DNA from: an uncultured Bacteroidales bacterium
GTDB lineage: Bacteria > Bacteroidota > Bacteroidia > Bacteroidales > WCHB1-69
Assembly: GCA_946186495.1 (NCBI GenBank)
Contig: CAMHNQ010000004.1
Location: 12,739-76,738 of the forward strand
Reading direction: 5' to 3'
DNA: 64,000 bases
Part shown: positions 38,101-47,500 of the stretch, in pieces
How positions within the stretch are numbered: position 1 is the first letter of the stretch
Layout: each line of letters opens with the position of its first letter
Translations under genes and position numbers: made by a program
The notes under the pieces: model-generated
Seen by the model: the letters and a program-made list of their open reading frames with translations, nothing else
What the model was told of the DNA's origin: nothing
Databases searched by the model: none

Positions 38101-41100
38101 TCCCTGGTCGGAGGGCTGGGTCGGCCATTCAATGGTGATCATGTTCTGTTTCAGATGGTACCATTGCGTATGCACCACCGAATCGTTGTGCGCGATTTCA
38201 CAAAGCACCCGCGCGTCCTTCAGGACGGTGCCGACGGAGAACCGCAGCGTGTCGCCCGCCTCCACCGAATAGCCACCGTTCCTCTGCGAGAAAAGACGGT
38301 TGAAATCATGCCACAGGGCTTTGTAGCCTGTGCATTTCCTGCTTTGGGCACGATACAGGTGCATGGTTTTCGCCACCTCCACGTCATCCCCGTCCGGGTC
38401 TTTTACCGTGAACACAATCTTGTAGTAACCGTCCTGAAAATCATCGATGGGCGGAATCTCAAAGAAGTTCCCCGTCTCCTTGGAGACAGACAGCAGTCCG
38501 CTTCCCAAGTGGACAGACTCCCAATGTTCCATGTCATCCTCTTGCCGGAAGGCAAGGTTCGGGAAAGTCTCCTGCAACTTGGGCAGCGGCACCAGCGTGG
38601 CGTCGGCGGATTGAACCGGAGAATAGAAGCGGTCGGGGGTCTTCAAGCGGTAGATGTCGTACCAGACCTCCCCTTCCTGCGGCACGTCGGCAATATTGGT
38701 CAGGGAGAGCGGATAACGGATGCTGTCACGGTCGATTTCCACCTCTTCGGGCAGGGAGACCGTCAGCAGCAGGCTGCGGCGACTCACCCGCACCTGGGAA
38801 GTCCCGGTGTGCGTCTCCCCGTTGACATCCGTCACGACGGCCTCTACATTATAAATGTACAATGGGACATACCGCCTGAGCGCGAGGTCCTCCTCGGTGG
38901 GGAACGCGATGGTGAACGAGCCGTCCGCACCGGTTTCGGCGACACCGCTGAGGATGGTGCGCGGGTCATCAGACGGCCAGCGACCTAAGCGCCACCACGG
39001 GAACTCCGTCCTGCGGGTCACCACATACTTGACGGTCGCGCCACCGACAGGATAGCCGGACAACGCCTCCGCCTTGCCCTTCACCGTGACCGTCTGTCCC
39101 ACCTTGACCGCACCCGTGGGCGCGCCCAGCGTCACCTCGAAGGTCGGACGTTTGTACTCCTCCACGGAAAAACGTTCGTATCCGACATACTCATTACCGT
39201 TGATTTTCACAATGATGCTGAACTGACCCGTCAGCCCATCGGTCGGCAGGTCGAAAGTCCCGGATACTGATCCGAAATCATTGGTCGTCAACACTTTTGA
39301 ATCAATTTCTTGAGAATTCGCGTCCTGAAGACAGATTGTCACCTTCTGGTTTGGCAATATCCGGATATGTTTAGTCTCTCCTTTTTCTATAACGGTTTCG
39401 CTTACAATCCCTTTGAAATAGACGGTCTGGCCAGGCCGGTACAATTTGCGATCCAAGAAGAGATCACACTTATGGTTAGTCGATTGGCCAGGAGTATAGG
39501 ACCACCAGTAGTTGCTACCCATCAAATGCAACACCTGCTTGTTCCATTCCACCGCCACGTCCGAATGTTCGTTGCGGCCGTTGGGCAAACTTATCGCGGC
39601 CATTCCGTTCCGGCCGGTTTTCACCGTACGCTTGGCGGACTTCCCTGTCGTCAGGGTGATGACGGCGTTCTCCAACGGCTCGCCGGTCTGCCGGTTCACC
39701 ACCCAATACTCCACCCGTTGGTTCAGCTCCCGGACGACGACATGGATGTCGGAAACCTGCACATAGTACATCTGGGCGCACTCCTTGTGGCTTTTCGGAA
39801 ATGGCTGCGACGAAATTAACAGCAAATATCCGCCAGGCTTCTGACGAGGCATGACATAATGGCCATTATGTTTCCGATGGTCGTTGAATTCAGGAAGTTC
39901 CACGGTTCCCTCGAAGGCGGGCTTCATCGACATGATGTTGTCATATTGCTTGGCAATCCCGTCGTGTTCCACCTGCCTATAGGTGGCATGCGAAACAGGG
40001 ACGAGACGGAGGTAGGCCTTGGCAACGTCCTTGTATTCAATATCCACTAACAGGGGCGTTGAGGGGAGAAAAGCCGTGCGGTAGGGATCAATCCCCAAAA
40101 CCGGATGCTGAATCTGCCTCAGCATCTCCCTGACCTCATTCAAGTACTCGGGCGCCTTTTCCTTCGGAGACTCTTTTTGGATGGAAGTTTCCAAGAAAGA
40201 GGCGGCGGTGACGAGGTCGTTGAGATATTCGGGATGCAGTTCGGGGTCGTATTCGCCGCTCCGTTCCGCATACAGCGTGCCCAACTTGTAGGCCATGTAG
40301 CGATATGCCGGTTTGTCGCGGAAAGCCTCGCTGCACTTGGTCAGCCGCTCGATGTACCATGTCAGAGAGTTGTCGGGAGCGAGTCCGCGAAGGCGCATAA
40401 AGTCGAAACGTTCCAGCAAGTAACTGACCCTCAGCGTCTCATGTTGGCGGTCGGCATGGAATTTCTCAAGCGACTGATACACCGCGAGCGTATGGGTGAT
40501 GTCATCGTCGGGGGCCGCCGGTTGAAGGGGAACGGTCAGGAATGCATCTGGAGTCCAAAGGGCTGGGTTGGTCCGCAGCCCGGGGGCGGGATTCTCGTCG
40601 CCCTCTATGCACGAGCGCAGGAAAGAGAGGCACCGTTGCGCGAGGATGTCGTACAGCGTGTGTTCGGCAGTAGGGTCGGACGACTTGTTGAGGATGGCCT
40701 TGTACGACTCGGCGGAGAGTTGCTGCGAAACCGTGGCATGCGCTATCGACGCCAGGTACTCCTCCCGAGCGCGTCGCACAAACGTCTTCGCGTCCCACTC
40801 CTTGAAGTCGGCGGGTGTTTCGTCGGCGAGCCGGGTGCGGCTGTCGATGTTCCAGCGGTTGCTGTTGTAGTATTCCGACAGGAACTGTCCCAAGCAGCTG
40901 TGCCAGATGGCGTTGGCCGCAGGGTCTTTCGCCGTGGCGGCGAGCTGCTCGTTGAGGATGCGGCAGGCGGAGTCCGCGCCGTCGTCGTACTTCTCGCAGA
41001 GCTGCTGGATTTCCTGCCATTTCTTGGCGATTTCGGCCGGACTCTGCGTCTGTCCGGCGGTGATCAGGGTGGTGACGACCATGGTGGCGGTGATTAGGGT

Positions 41101-41109
41101 TTTCTTCAT
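35134..41109 (-). CDS. Alpha-2-macroglobulin family protein (about 1,991 aa)
   Basis: Signal peptide MKKTLITATMVVTTLITAGQ. MG-domain-like beta-rich repeats. Thioester-type motif YPHECNEQRFS. The TED/prenyltransferase-like GGWPWF segment is followed by a receptor-binding-like C-terminus. The start was moved 37 codons downstream of the listed ORF. Confidence 0.85.
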   Translation of the reverse strand: MKKTLITATMVVTTLITAGQTQSPAEIAKKWQEIQQLCEKYDDGADSACRILNEQLAATAKDPAANAIWHSCLGQFLSEYYNSNRWNIDSRTRLADETPADFKEWDAKTFVRRAREEYLASIAHATVSQQLSAESYKAILNKSSDPTAEHTLYDILAQRCLSFLRSCIEGDENPAPGLRTNPALWTPDAFLTVPLQPAAPDDDITHTLAVYQSLEKFHADRQHETLRVSYLLERFDFMRLRGLAPDNSLTWYIERLTKCSEAFRDKPAYRYMAYKLGTLYAERSGEYDPELHPEYLNDLVTAASFLETSIQKESPKEKAPEYLNEVREMLRQIQHPVLGIDPYRTAFLPSTPLLVDIEYKDVAKAYLRLVPVSHATYRQVEHDGIAKQYDNIMSMKPAFEGTVELPEFNDHRKHNGHYVMPRQKPGGYLLLISSQPFPKSHKECAQMYYVQVSDIHVVVRELNQRVEYWVVNRQTGEPLENAVITLTTGKSAKRTVKTGRNGMAAISLPNGRNEHSDVAVEWNKQVLHLMGSNYWWSYTPGQSTNHKCDLFLDRKLYRPGQTVYFKGIVSETVIEKGETKHIRILPNQKVTICLQDANSQEIDSKVLTTNDFGSVSGTFDLPTDGLTGQFSIIVKINGNEYVGYERFSVEEYKRPTFEVTLGAPTGAVKVGQTVTVKGKAEALSGYPVGGATVKYVVTRRTEFPWWRLGRWPSDDPRTILSGVAETGADGSFTIAFPTEEDLALRRYVPLYIYNVEAVVTDVNGETHTGTSQVRVSRRSLLLTVSLPEEVEIDRDSIRYPLSLTNIADVPQEGEVWYDIYRLKTPDRFYSPVQSADATLVPLPKLQETFPNLAFRQEDDMEHWESVHLGSGLLSVSKETGNFFEIPPIDDFQDGYYKIVFTVKDPDGDDVEVAKTMHLYRAQSRKCTGYKALWHDFNRLFSQRNGGYSVEAGDTLRFSVGTVLKDARVLCEIAHNDSVVHTQWYHLKQNMITIEWPTQPSDQGTLHVHLFMQADGNTYEISPDVRIVNRSRDIRFEFLRFRDKTLPGSQEELQVRLTDKEGRPVSAELLCSMYDYSLDVLGGQNFMQLQYDYQYRFLTLRFGRSLDTGSSLWKKDHFNTFGFHSPAFSSQPLVLKSFYCGGLRMGRYMAKGEVVLNVVEDNISVNTDMEFMEDEVMYEEPPLAFTNASMMRVASQKEAAKPGSAPSEPQLRTNFNETAFFYPQLRTDPDGTVFLSFTMPDALTKWKMQGVAHNPALMTGRFEKFVQTAKDVMVVPNAPRFLREGDTMDFSAKVVNTTHRHICGYVTLQMFNAANNQPVAMICDMADAMNRVRTDGSQQYDIPANASSEIRFRIVVPADVPAVTYRIVAHNTDPQEVAGDGEEKTLPVLTNRMMVTETMPFYISGKGSKTFVFKKMQDCTDAMNRVPTMRNYRLTVECTPNPVWYAIQAMPYMMEYPHECNEQRFSRYYANALATHILKANPVIEEVFNRWQTESPDAFCSALEKNQELKQVVLEETPWVLDAQREGANKQALAAMFDFRRMAKEEAATLRRLQKGQNGDGGWPWFSGGKSSDFITRHIVAGFGHLKALGVSTDVANSTLRNAVSYMDEQMYKRYLDRKKYHYDYIDETHYLYARSFYKDNVSARHKAAYDTCYKVLLNDWKSKSFYTQAMIALTAWRNGDQKVAKQIVAHLKGMAQHSEEMGMFWKKQGGGWFWYEQPVERQSMLIEAFHTITPEDAESLAQMQLWLLKQKQTQHWGTTKSTTEAVYALLLDKTLVAEDKTVAVTVGNVRLPDETVQTEAGTGYFKKSWKGEEITADKANVLIEKGTDGPAWGGLYWQYFENLDKITRSDDKNLVIEKQLYRVENSGDGEVLKAITAEQPLQKGDKVRVRVVITADRDMEFVHLKDMRAATFEPVNVFSQYKYQDGLWYYEATKDAATHFFIDWLPKGKYVFEYTLFATQSGDFSNGITHIECMYAPEFQSHSAGVRVKVR
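36829..36858. repeat. 30-nt near-palindromic element, copy A, in frame inside the A2M gene (encodes CTDAMNRVPT)
   Basis: The sense strand reads TGTACGGACGCGAT-GA-ATCGCGTCCCGACA. It shares a 21-nt identical core (GGACGCGATTCATCGCGTCCG on the + strand) with copy B. Confidence 0.7.
37111..37140. repeat. 30-nt near-palindromic element, copy B, in frame inside the A2M gene (encodes MADAMNRVRT)
   Basis: The sense strand reads ATGGCGGACGCGAT-GA-ATCGCGTCCGTACA. It lies 282 nt from copy A. The related intergenic hairpin is at 54869-54902. Confidence 0.7.
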
Positions 41110-41167
41110 GACGGTTGTTTTTGGTATTCGCACTGCGATGCGCAAGTGTGAAACTAATTTCCGTCTG

Positions 41168-41175
41168 CAAAAATA
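41168..41175 (-). promoter_or_regulatory. -7 promoter motif TATTTTTG for the A2M gene
   Basis: CAAAAATA on the + strand, 59 nt upstream of the ATG at 41109. Confidence 0.4.
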
Positions 41176-41310
41176 CAATATAAATTTCAGACTTCGCCTG
41201 TTTGGGAAAACATCATTCAAAGAAAACTCGCAATCATCAGTTAATCAAGACAAAATGCAAAAAAATAAAACAAAATTGCTAATTTTACACTTTTATTTGA
41301 AAAAAAATGA

Positions 41311-41318
41311 TATTTTTG
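41311..41318 (+). promoter_or_regulatory. -7 promoter motif TATTTTTG, candidate promoter of the giant surface-protein gene (leader of about 270 nt)
   Basis: Exact TAnnTTTG preceded by an A-tract (TTGAAAAAAAATGA). No other TAnnTTTG lies between here and the ATG at 41589. Confidence 0.4.
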
Positions 41319-41389
41319 CCGCACGATATTTGCAAAAATGCCTTGTTATGAGATGTATTTGTAATGTATTGAAAAGCAATCAGCTATTA

Positions 41390-41399
41390 CCCCCCCCCC
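41390..41399. repeat. Homopolymeric C10 tract in the leader/promoter region of the giant gene
   Basis: Read directly: ...CAGCTATTA CCCCCCCCCC ATGGCC... Confidence 0.9.
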
Positions 41400-41588
41400 A
41401 TGGCCATGCGGCCTGAAGCTCCTGTCCTCAATTCGGATAGCTGACGCCTGATTTTTCCTTTTTTTGCCGGACGTTGTATCGAACGGCCGAACTGAGTAAG
41501 GTTTTCGCTCCTTGCTCCTTTTCTGTTTGTCGAACACTTGACGCTGTCAAGTATTTTCCAGATTAGAAACGAAAAAAAACAAAAAATT

Positions 41589-44500
41589 ATGAAAAAACAA
41601 ATATTCTTGCTAACAATGATGTTATGGATTGCCGGAACGCTGTACGCGCAGAACGGCAACGACAAAATCAGCTACCAGTCGGTGGTGCGAAACGCGCAGA
41701 ACCAGCTGGTGCACGACACGGAGGTGACCGTGACGGTGAGCATCGCCAACAGCAGCAGCCAGGCAGTGGTCTATCGTGAGCGGCACACGGTGATGACCAA
41801 TGCCAACGGCCTGATTTCCTTCCTCATCGGAGACGGGCAGAGACTTTCCGGCGACTGGGACGATGTGCGATGGAACCACGCGCTGCTGACCTTGGAGACC
41901 TCCATCGGCGGTGTGGTGCTGGCCACGAACACGATGCCCGTGAGCGCGGTGCCCTACGCCCTCTACGCCAAAAATGCGGACCACACCGACAGTGCCGAAT
42001 ACGCCGACAGTGCCGAATACGCCGACAGCACCGAATACGCCCTCTATGCCGACAGCACTGACTTGGACGTGGTGCAGAACTACCTTGACGAGAACGGATA
42101 CCTCCCCGAGGAGCCACAGGTGCTGAGCATCCACGGGGACACGGTCTTCCTGACCCGGGGCGGACACGTGGTGTTGCCCGCGATGCCCACGAACGTCAGC
42201 GCGTTCACCAACGACGCAGGCTACCTGACCGAAGAGGCCCAGGTGTTGCGCATCAGCAACGACACGATTTACCTCACGGGTGGAAGTTGGGTGAAATTGC
42301 CCGCCGGCTTCAGCGGGGACTACAACAGTCTGACGAACAAGCCGACGAATGTCAGCACGTTCACCAACGACGCGGGTTACCTGACCAGCGACAGTGCGGT
42401 GATCGTGAACCTGAATACAAATGTCACCAACCTGCAAGGTGATGTCACCAACCTTCAGACCAATGTCACGAATCTTCAGAATGCGGACAATGCGTTGTCT
42501 TCCCGTATCACCACCGACAGCGCCAACTTGGCTAATAATTACTACGACAAGACGCAGATCAACGACACCCTGAGCCACTACCTGATGAAAGAGATCCAGG
42601 TCTTGAGTGTGAGCAACGACACCCTTTACCTCACGGGTGGAAGTTGGGTGAAATTACCCCAAGGCTTCAGCGGCGACTACAACGATTTGACGAACAAACC
42701 GACCAAGTCAGATTTATGCGACAGTGTGAAACCCTGCGTGACAGACTGGATTAGTGATAGCACTCGCATGTTGTTCGACAGCTTGCATAACTATTATGTA
42801 ACTTCAAGCGCTCTGAAAGATACGGTCTCTGCCATTCGTGGAGCCCTGCAAGACACCGCCATTGCTATCCGCAGAACTCTGATTGACACCGCTGCCGCTA
42901 TCCGCAGCGACATTCCCGATGTGAGCGGTTTTGCCACCAAGGATGAGCTTCGCGCCGACAGCACGGTTCTGGCACAGCAAATCCGCACTGACAGTCTCGC
43001 ACTGCACACCGCCCTGATTGATACGGCTTCTGCTATCCGTGATGCGTTGATTGATACCGCTGCTGCCATTCGCACTGCAATGCCTGTGGTGAATGACGGC
43101 ACGTTGACCATCACGGTGAATGGCACTAACAACACTTTCACTGCCAACCAAAGCGGTAATACAGATGTTAACATAGACCTCACACCATATGCCACCAAGA
43201 TTGAGCTTCACAATGACAGCGTAGCCTTGGGCACCGCCATTTCCGATTTGACTGCCAAGGTTGCCACCGACAGCCTTGCCCTGGTGAATCGCATTGTCTC
43301 GGACAGCACCGCGTTAGCCGACAAGATGCACGCCGACAGCCTTGTTTTGGCGACGCGTATCGTGACTGACAGCACCGTGTTGGTGAACCGCATCATCGCC
43401 GACAGCACGGCTTTGTCCCACCGCATGGACACACTTCTGAAGCATGTGTGCGATAGCGTGAAGCCATGCGTGACAGAATGGATGAATGACACGCTGAAAG
43501 CTTATACTACGACTAATAAGATTGACACGCTGATTCAGAAGTATGGCTACGTTACCACCGCTCAACTGAATGGCACACTGAACACTGTCTATGACAAGAT
43601 ACATACCGATAGTCTCACATTGGTGAACCGTATTGTGGCCGACAGCACTGTGTTAGCCGACAAGATGCATACAGACAGCCTTGTTTTGGTGAACAGAATC
43701 GTGGCCGACAGCACCGCGTTAGCCGGAAAGATGCACGCCGACAGCCTTGCCCTGGTGAATCGCATTGTCTCCGACAGCACCGCGTTGGCCGCCAAGATGC
43801 AAGCCGACAGCCTGACTTTGGCGACGCGTATCGTGACTGACAGCACCGCGTTGGTGAACCGCATCGTCGCCGACAGCACCATACTGCGCACCGCCCTGAA
43901 AGACACCGCCAGTGCCATCCGCAACAGCATCGGCAACGGCACGCTAACCATCAAGCAAGGTGGCAACACGCTGGGTACATTCACCGCCAACCAAAAAGGA
44001 GATGCAAGCATCGATGTTCCTGTACCTACGGCACCCAACAACGCTACAATTACTATCAAGAGAAATGGTGCGAACATACAGAACGGCACCTTCACCGTTG
44101 ACCAAAGCACGAACCAAACTATTGACATTGCAGTACCCACCACTGTAGCTGAATTGACCGATAAGGACGACTATGCGAAAGTGGCTGCCAACAACAATTT
44201 CACCGGCACCAACACCGTGCCAAGAGGTTTTGTGATCTCCGGAGAGAATGCCACCAACAGCGACAACTGCAACAACATTGTGGTGAACGCCTGCGACCTG
44301 TGGGCCGTGTTCGACAGTCTGAACCGGAGAATCAATGCGCTACAGCAGGAACTTGACGAACTCAAGAGTGCTACTCCGCCTGTGTTCCGGACCATTACGC
44401 TGAGTAATCCTACCTCTACCACGCTGAAAGTCACAACAGACTTTACCAGCCAAGTTTCCAATATATCTTCTTACAAATTCTATTACTCCACCAACAGCAA

Positions 44501-47500
44501 CATGAGTGATGCCCATTTTGTGGAGAGCACATCACCAGAAACAACTCTTACGGGATTAACTCCCCACACCCAATATTATATCGCGGTTTCTGCATCCAAT
44601 CTCTCAGGCATAATCTTTTCTGATACCGCAAGTGAGTGGACAAAGGCAACTGCACCTACGGCAGAAGTGAATCTACAATCTCTTCATAAAGGAATTCTTG
44701 TGAGCATAAACAATCCGAACTTCCAACAACTTCCGGACGGAAGAGTACAGATTTACTACAAAAAAAGTGACAATTGTAATCAGGAAGACGAAGGATTTGA
44801 ATCGAAACCTTACATTACCTTAAACAATGGAGAATCTCATGAGACAGGAATATGTAATTTGGATGCAAACGAGGCTTATTGCGTGATGGTGAAAGTGAGC
44901 AACCTTGACAGCACCACGGTCTATGGCCCTTACAACATCACCCCCATCGAGGTTACGCTTAGTCTTACGGCAAGCGCTGAGAGTCCGGTTGCCATTTGCG
45001 AAGGAGACTCAGTCTCTGTCAACTTTACAGCAGAATTGAGTAGCGGTGCAAGTTTTGACGATTACACTATCACCTGGACGCACACTATTTTTGAAAGTGC
45101 ATCGCCAAAACCTTCCGTCAAGGCATTAAATGAATCTTCCCTGAGCATAACATTCCCCACATATTCTAACAAATCAGAATATAATTATACGTTAACCTGT
45201 GTGGCAGAGCATAAAACATGTAATTCAGTCTTATTGAGGGCAGACAAAGCCATAGAAATTGAAATAAGAAAGTCACCGGCATTCTTAACATGTGAAGACA
45301 ATCTTTCGGTTGCAATCATGGACATGTCCGGTACAAATTCCCTATTGAATGAAGACCCCATAGTATCGATTGACTGGGGAGATGGACAAACCGACAACAA
45401 CCCTGCTGTGGGATCATCCCACACCTACTCCAGTCAAAATGTGTATGCTGTCACTGTCACGACTGACAAAGGCTGTTCCACAACGAAAAATGTAGCAGTA
45501 GGAGACATCACACTCAAGCCTTGTTCCGTGGCATCTCCGCATACCGACGGAAACCTTTATACTTCCACGACGGGCGGCTTTGAATTGACGGAAGACGGAA
45601 AGGTGACGGCAGTTAATGACCAGGACAACCATCGTTATGCTGTCGTGCAAATTGGCAACCAGTGTTGGATGAAAAGTAATCTGAGAACTACGCACTACAG
45701 CGATGGGACATCTTTAGACCAAGGTACAACGCTGAATAACAGCCATAAGTACTACTATAAGCCAACTGCAAGCAGCTCTTTTAATTCATACGACATCAAC
45801 TTGTATAACGAGACATCGGATGGGTTCTATTACAACTGGACTGCGGTTATGAATGGTGCAAGCAGCTCGTCGGATGCCCCCAGCGGAGTGCAGGGCATTT
45901 GTCCAAAAGGATGGCATGTGCCGTCTTCGTCCGAGTGGGACACTTTGGTTAATTACATCGAAGGAATCTACGGGGACTCCTATGCAGACAGGCTTTCTGG
46001 AGGATGCGAGTGGGAATCCAAAAGCAATGGGTCTCACCACCCTGGATCTTACAAAACAAGCTATCGGAACAGTAGTGGTTTCTCCGCTTTGCCTTGTGGG
46101 TGGTTTGGTTATAATGACACTTTCTATAATAATAAAGAATCCTCATCTTTATCGAAATATCAGTATGCCATCTTCTGGACTAGTACGGAAAAGAGTTCTT
46201 CCAATGCTTATAACAGAAAACTCACGTCAAATAATGCGAAGTTTCTGAGTGACAATTATGATTCCAAGACATATGGTTACTCTGTCCGTTGCGTTCGGGA
46301 TGAAGAGGCAGCTCCGACTGTAACCACGGGTGCGGCTTCTTCCATTGGGGAAACGAGCGCTACGCTGGGCGCTTCCATCACGAACCCTGATGATGTAACT
46401 ATCACCGAAAAGGGCTTTGTTTATAAGGAAACCTCCGGCGCCACTTGGACATCTGTTGCAGGTACAGGCGAAGGTGACAACTTCACCGCCAACCTAACAG
46501 GTCTGACCGCCAGCACGGATTACACCTACAAAGCGTTCGTCACATTCGAAGGAGGTGCCGATACTGTATGGGGCGGGGCGGAAACGTTCACGACGACATC
46601 GGCAGGTCCTTCACCCTGTACAACACTTCCTACATTTACCACATGTGAAAACGGACTGACTGTAAACATAACATCCGTAAACAATGCTACGTCTATTAAC
46701 TGGGGTGATGGTTCTACACTTGATAATAACCCTTCGACTTCTTCGACTCATACGTATGGTATAGATGGTGTATATACGATAACAGCTACGAGTACACCAG
46801 GATGTACCGCAACAAAGCAGGTTGCTATGGGAATTGCCACCTTGCACCCGTGTACTGGATTGACAGCACATCAAACAGGTTATACAGGTAATGGATACAA
46901 TGGTGTTGTTAATGATGGTTATGAGGAGACCAATGCGGAGGGCATCATCTCTGTGACAGACTATGACGGTAATGTTTATCCTGTAGTACAAATCGGCAGC
47001 CAGTGCTGGCTGGCTGAGAATATGCGATGCACACACTCTCCCAAGACTGGTCACGTTCTTGCGATTGAAAGTGAAGTTATTAGCAATGTTAGTAAGGCAG
47101 CATATTGGTATGAAGATGACGAGAGCAACTATGGTAGTGTTGGTTTGTTATATAATTGGTGTGCAGCGATGGATACGGCGAGCCCCGATTCATATCTTGA
47201 AGTTCCCACTGAAACTAATATTGATGACGATTGGTCGTTTGAAATCTCGAGCAATAATAGAGGTATCTGTCCATTGGGTTGGCATATACCTACAAAAGTA
47301 GAATATACAGCTTTGTTAGAATATGCTAATGGAGGATCAAGTACGTCCGAGGATGGGGATTATGTGTTTTATAGTGTGTCAGGGAAATTGTCATCCGGTT
47401 GTGGTTGGGTGTCATGTGAAACTAGTGATTGTAAACCTGGTAATTATCAACATACTGAAAGAAATAAGTATGGATTCTCCGCATTACCTGCAGGTTTTTT

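Noticed and set aside
41400-41588. Riboswitch or attenuator in the long leader of the giant gene
   Set aside because: I could not recognise any known riboswitch core or a terminator/antiterminator pair. Only short hairpins such as CTTGAC-GCT-GTCAAG are present.
41589-44400. Prophage tail-fibre gene or prophage region
   Set aside because: Only the repeat motifs resemble tail-fibre proteins. There are no capsid, portal, terminase, baseplate or integrase genes nearby. The protein has a signal peptide and lectin-like distal domains typical of a cellular surface protein.
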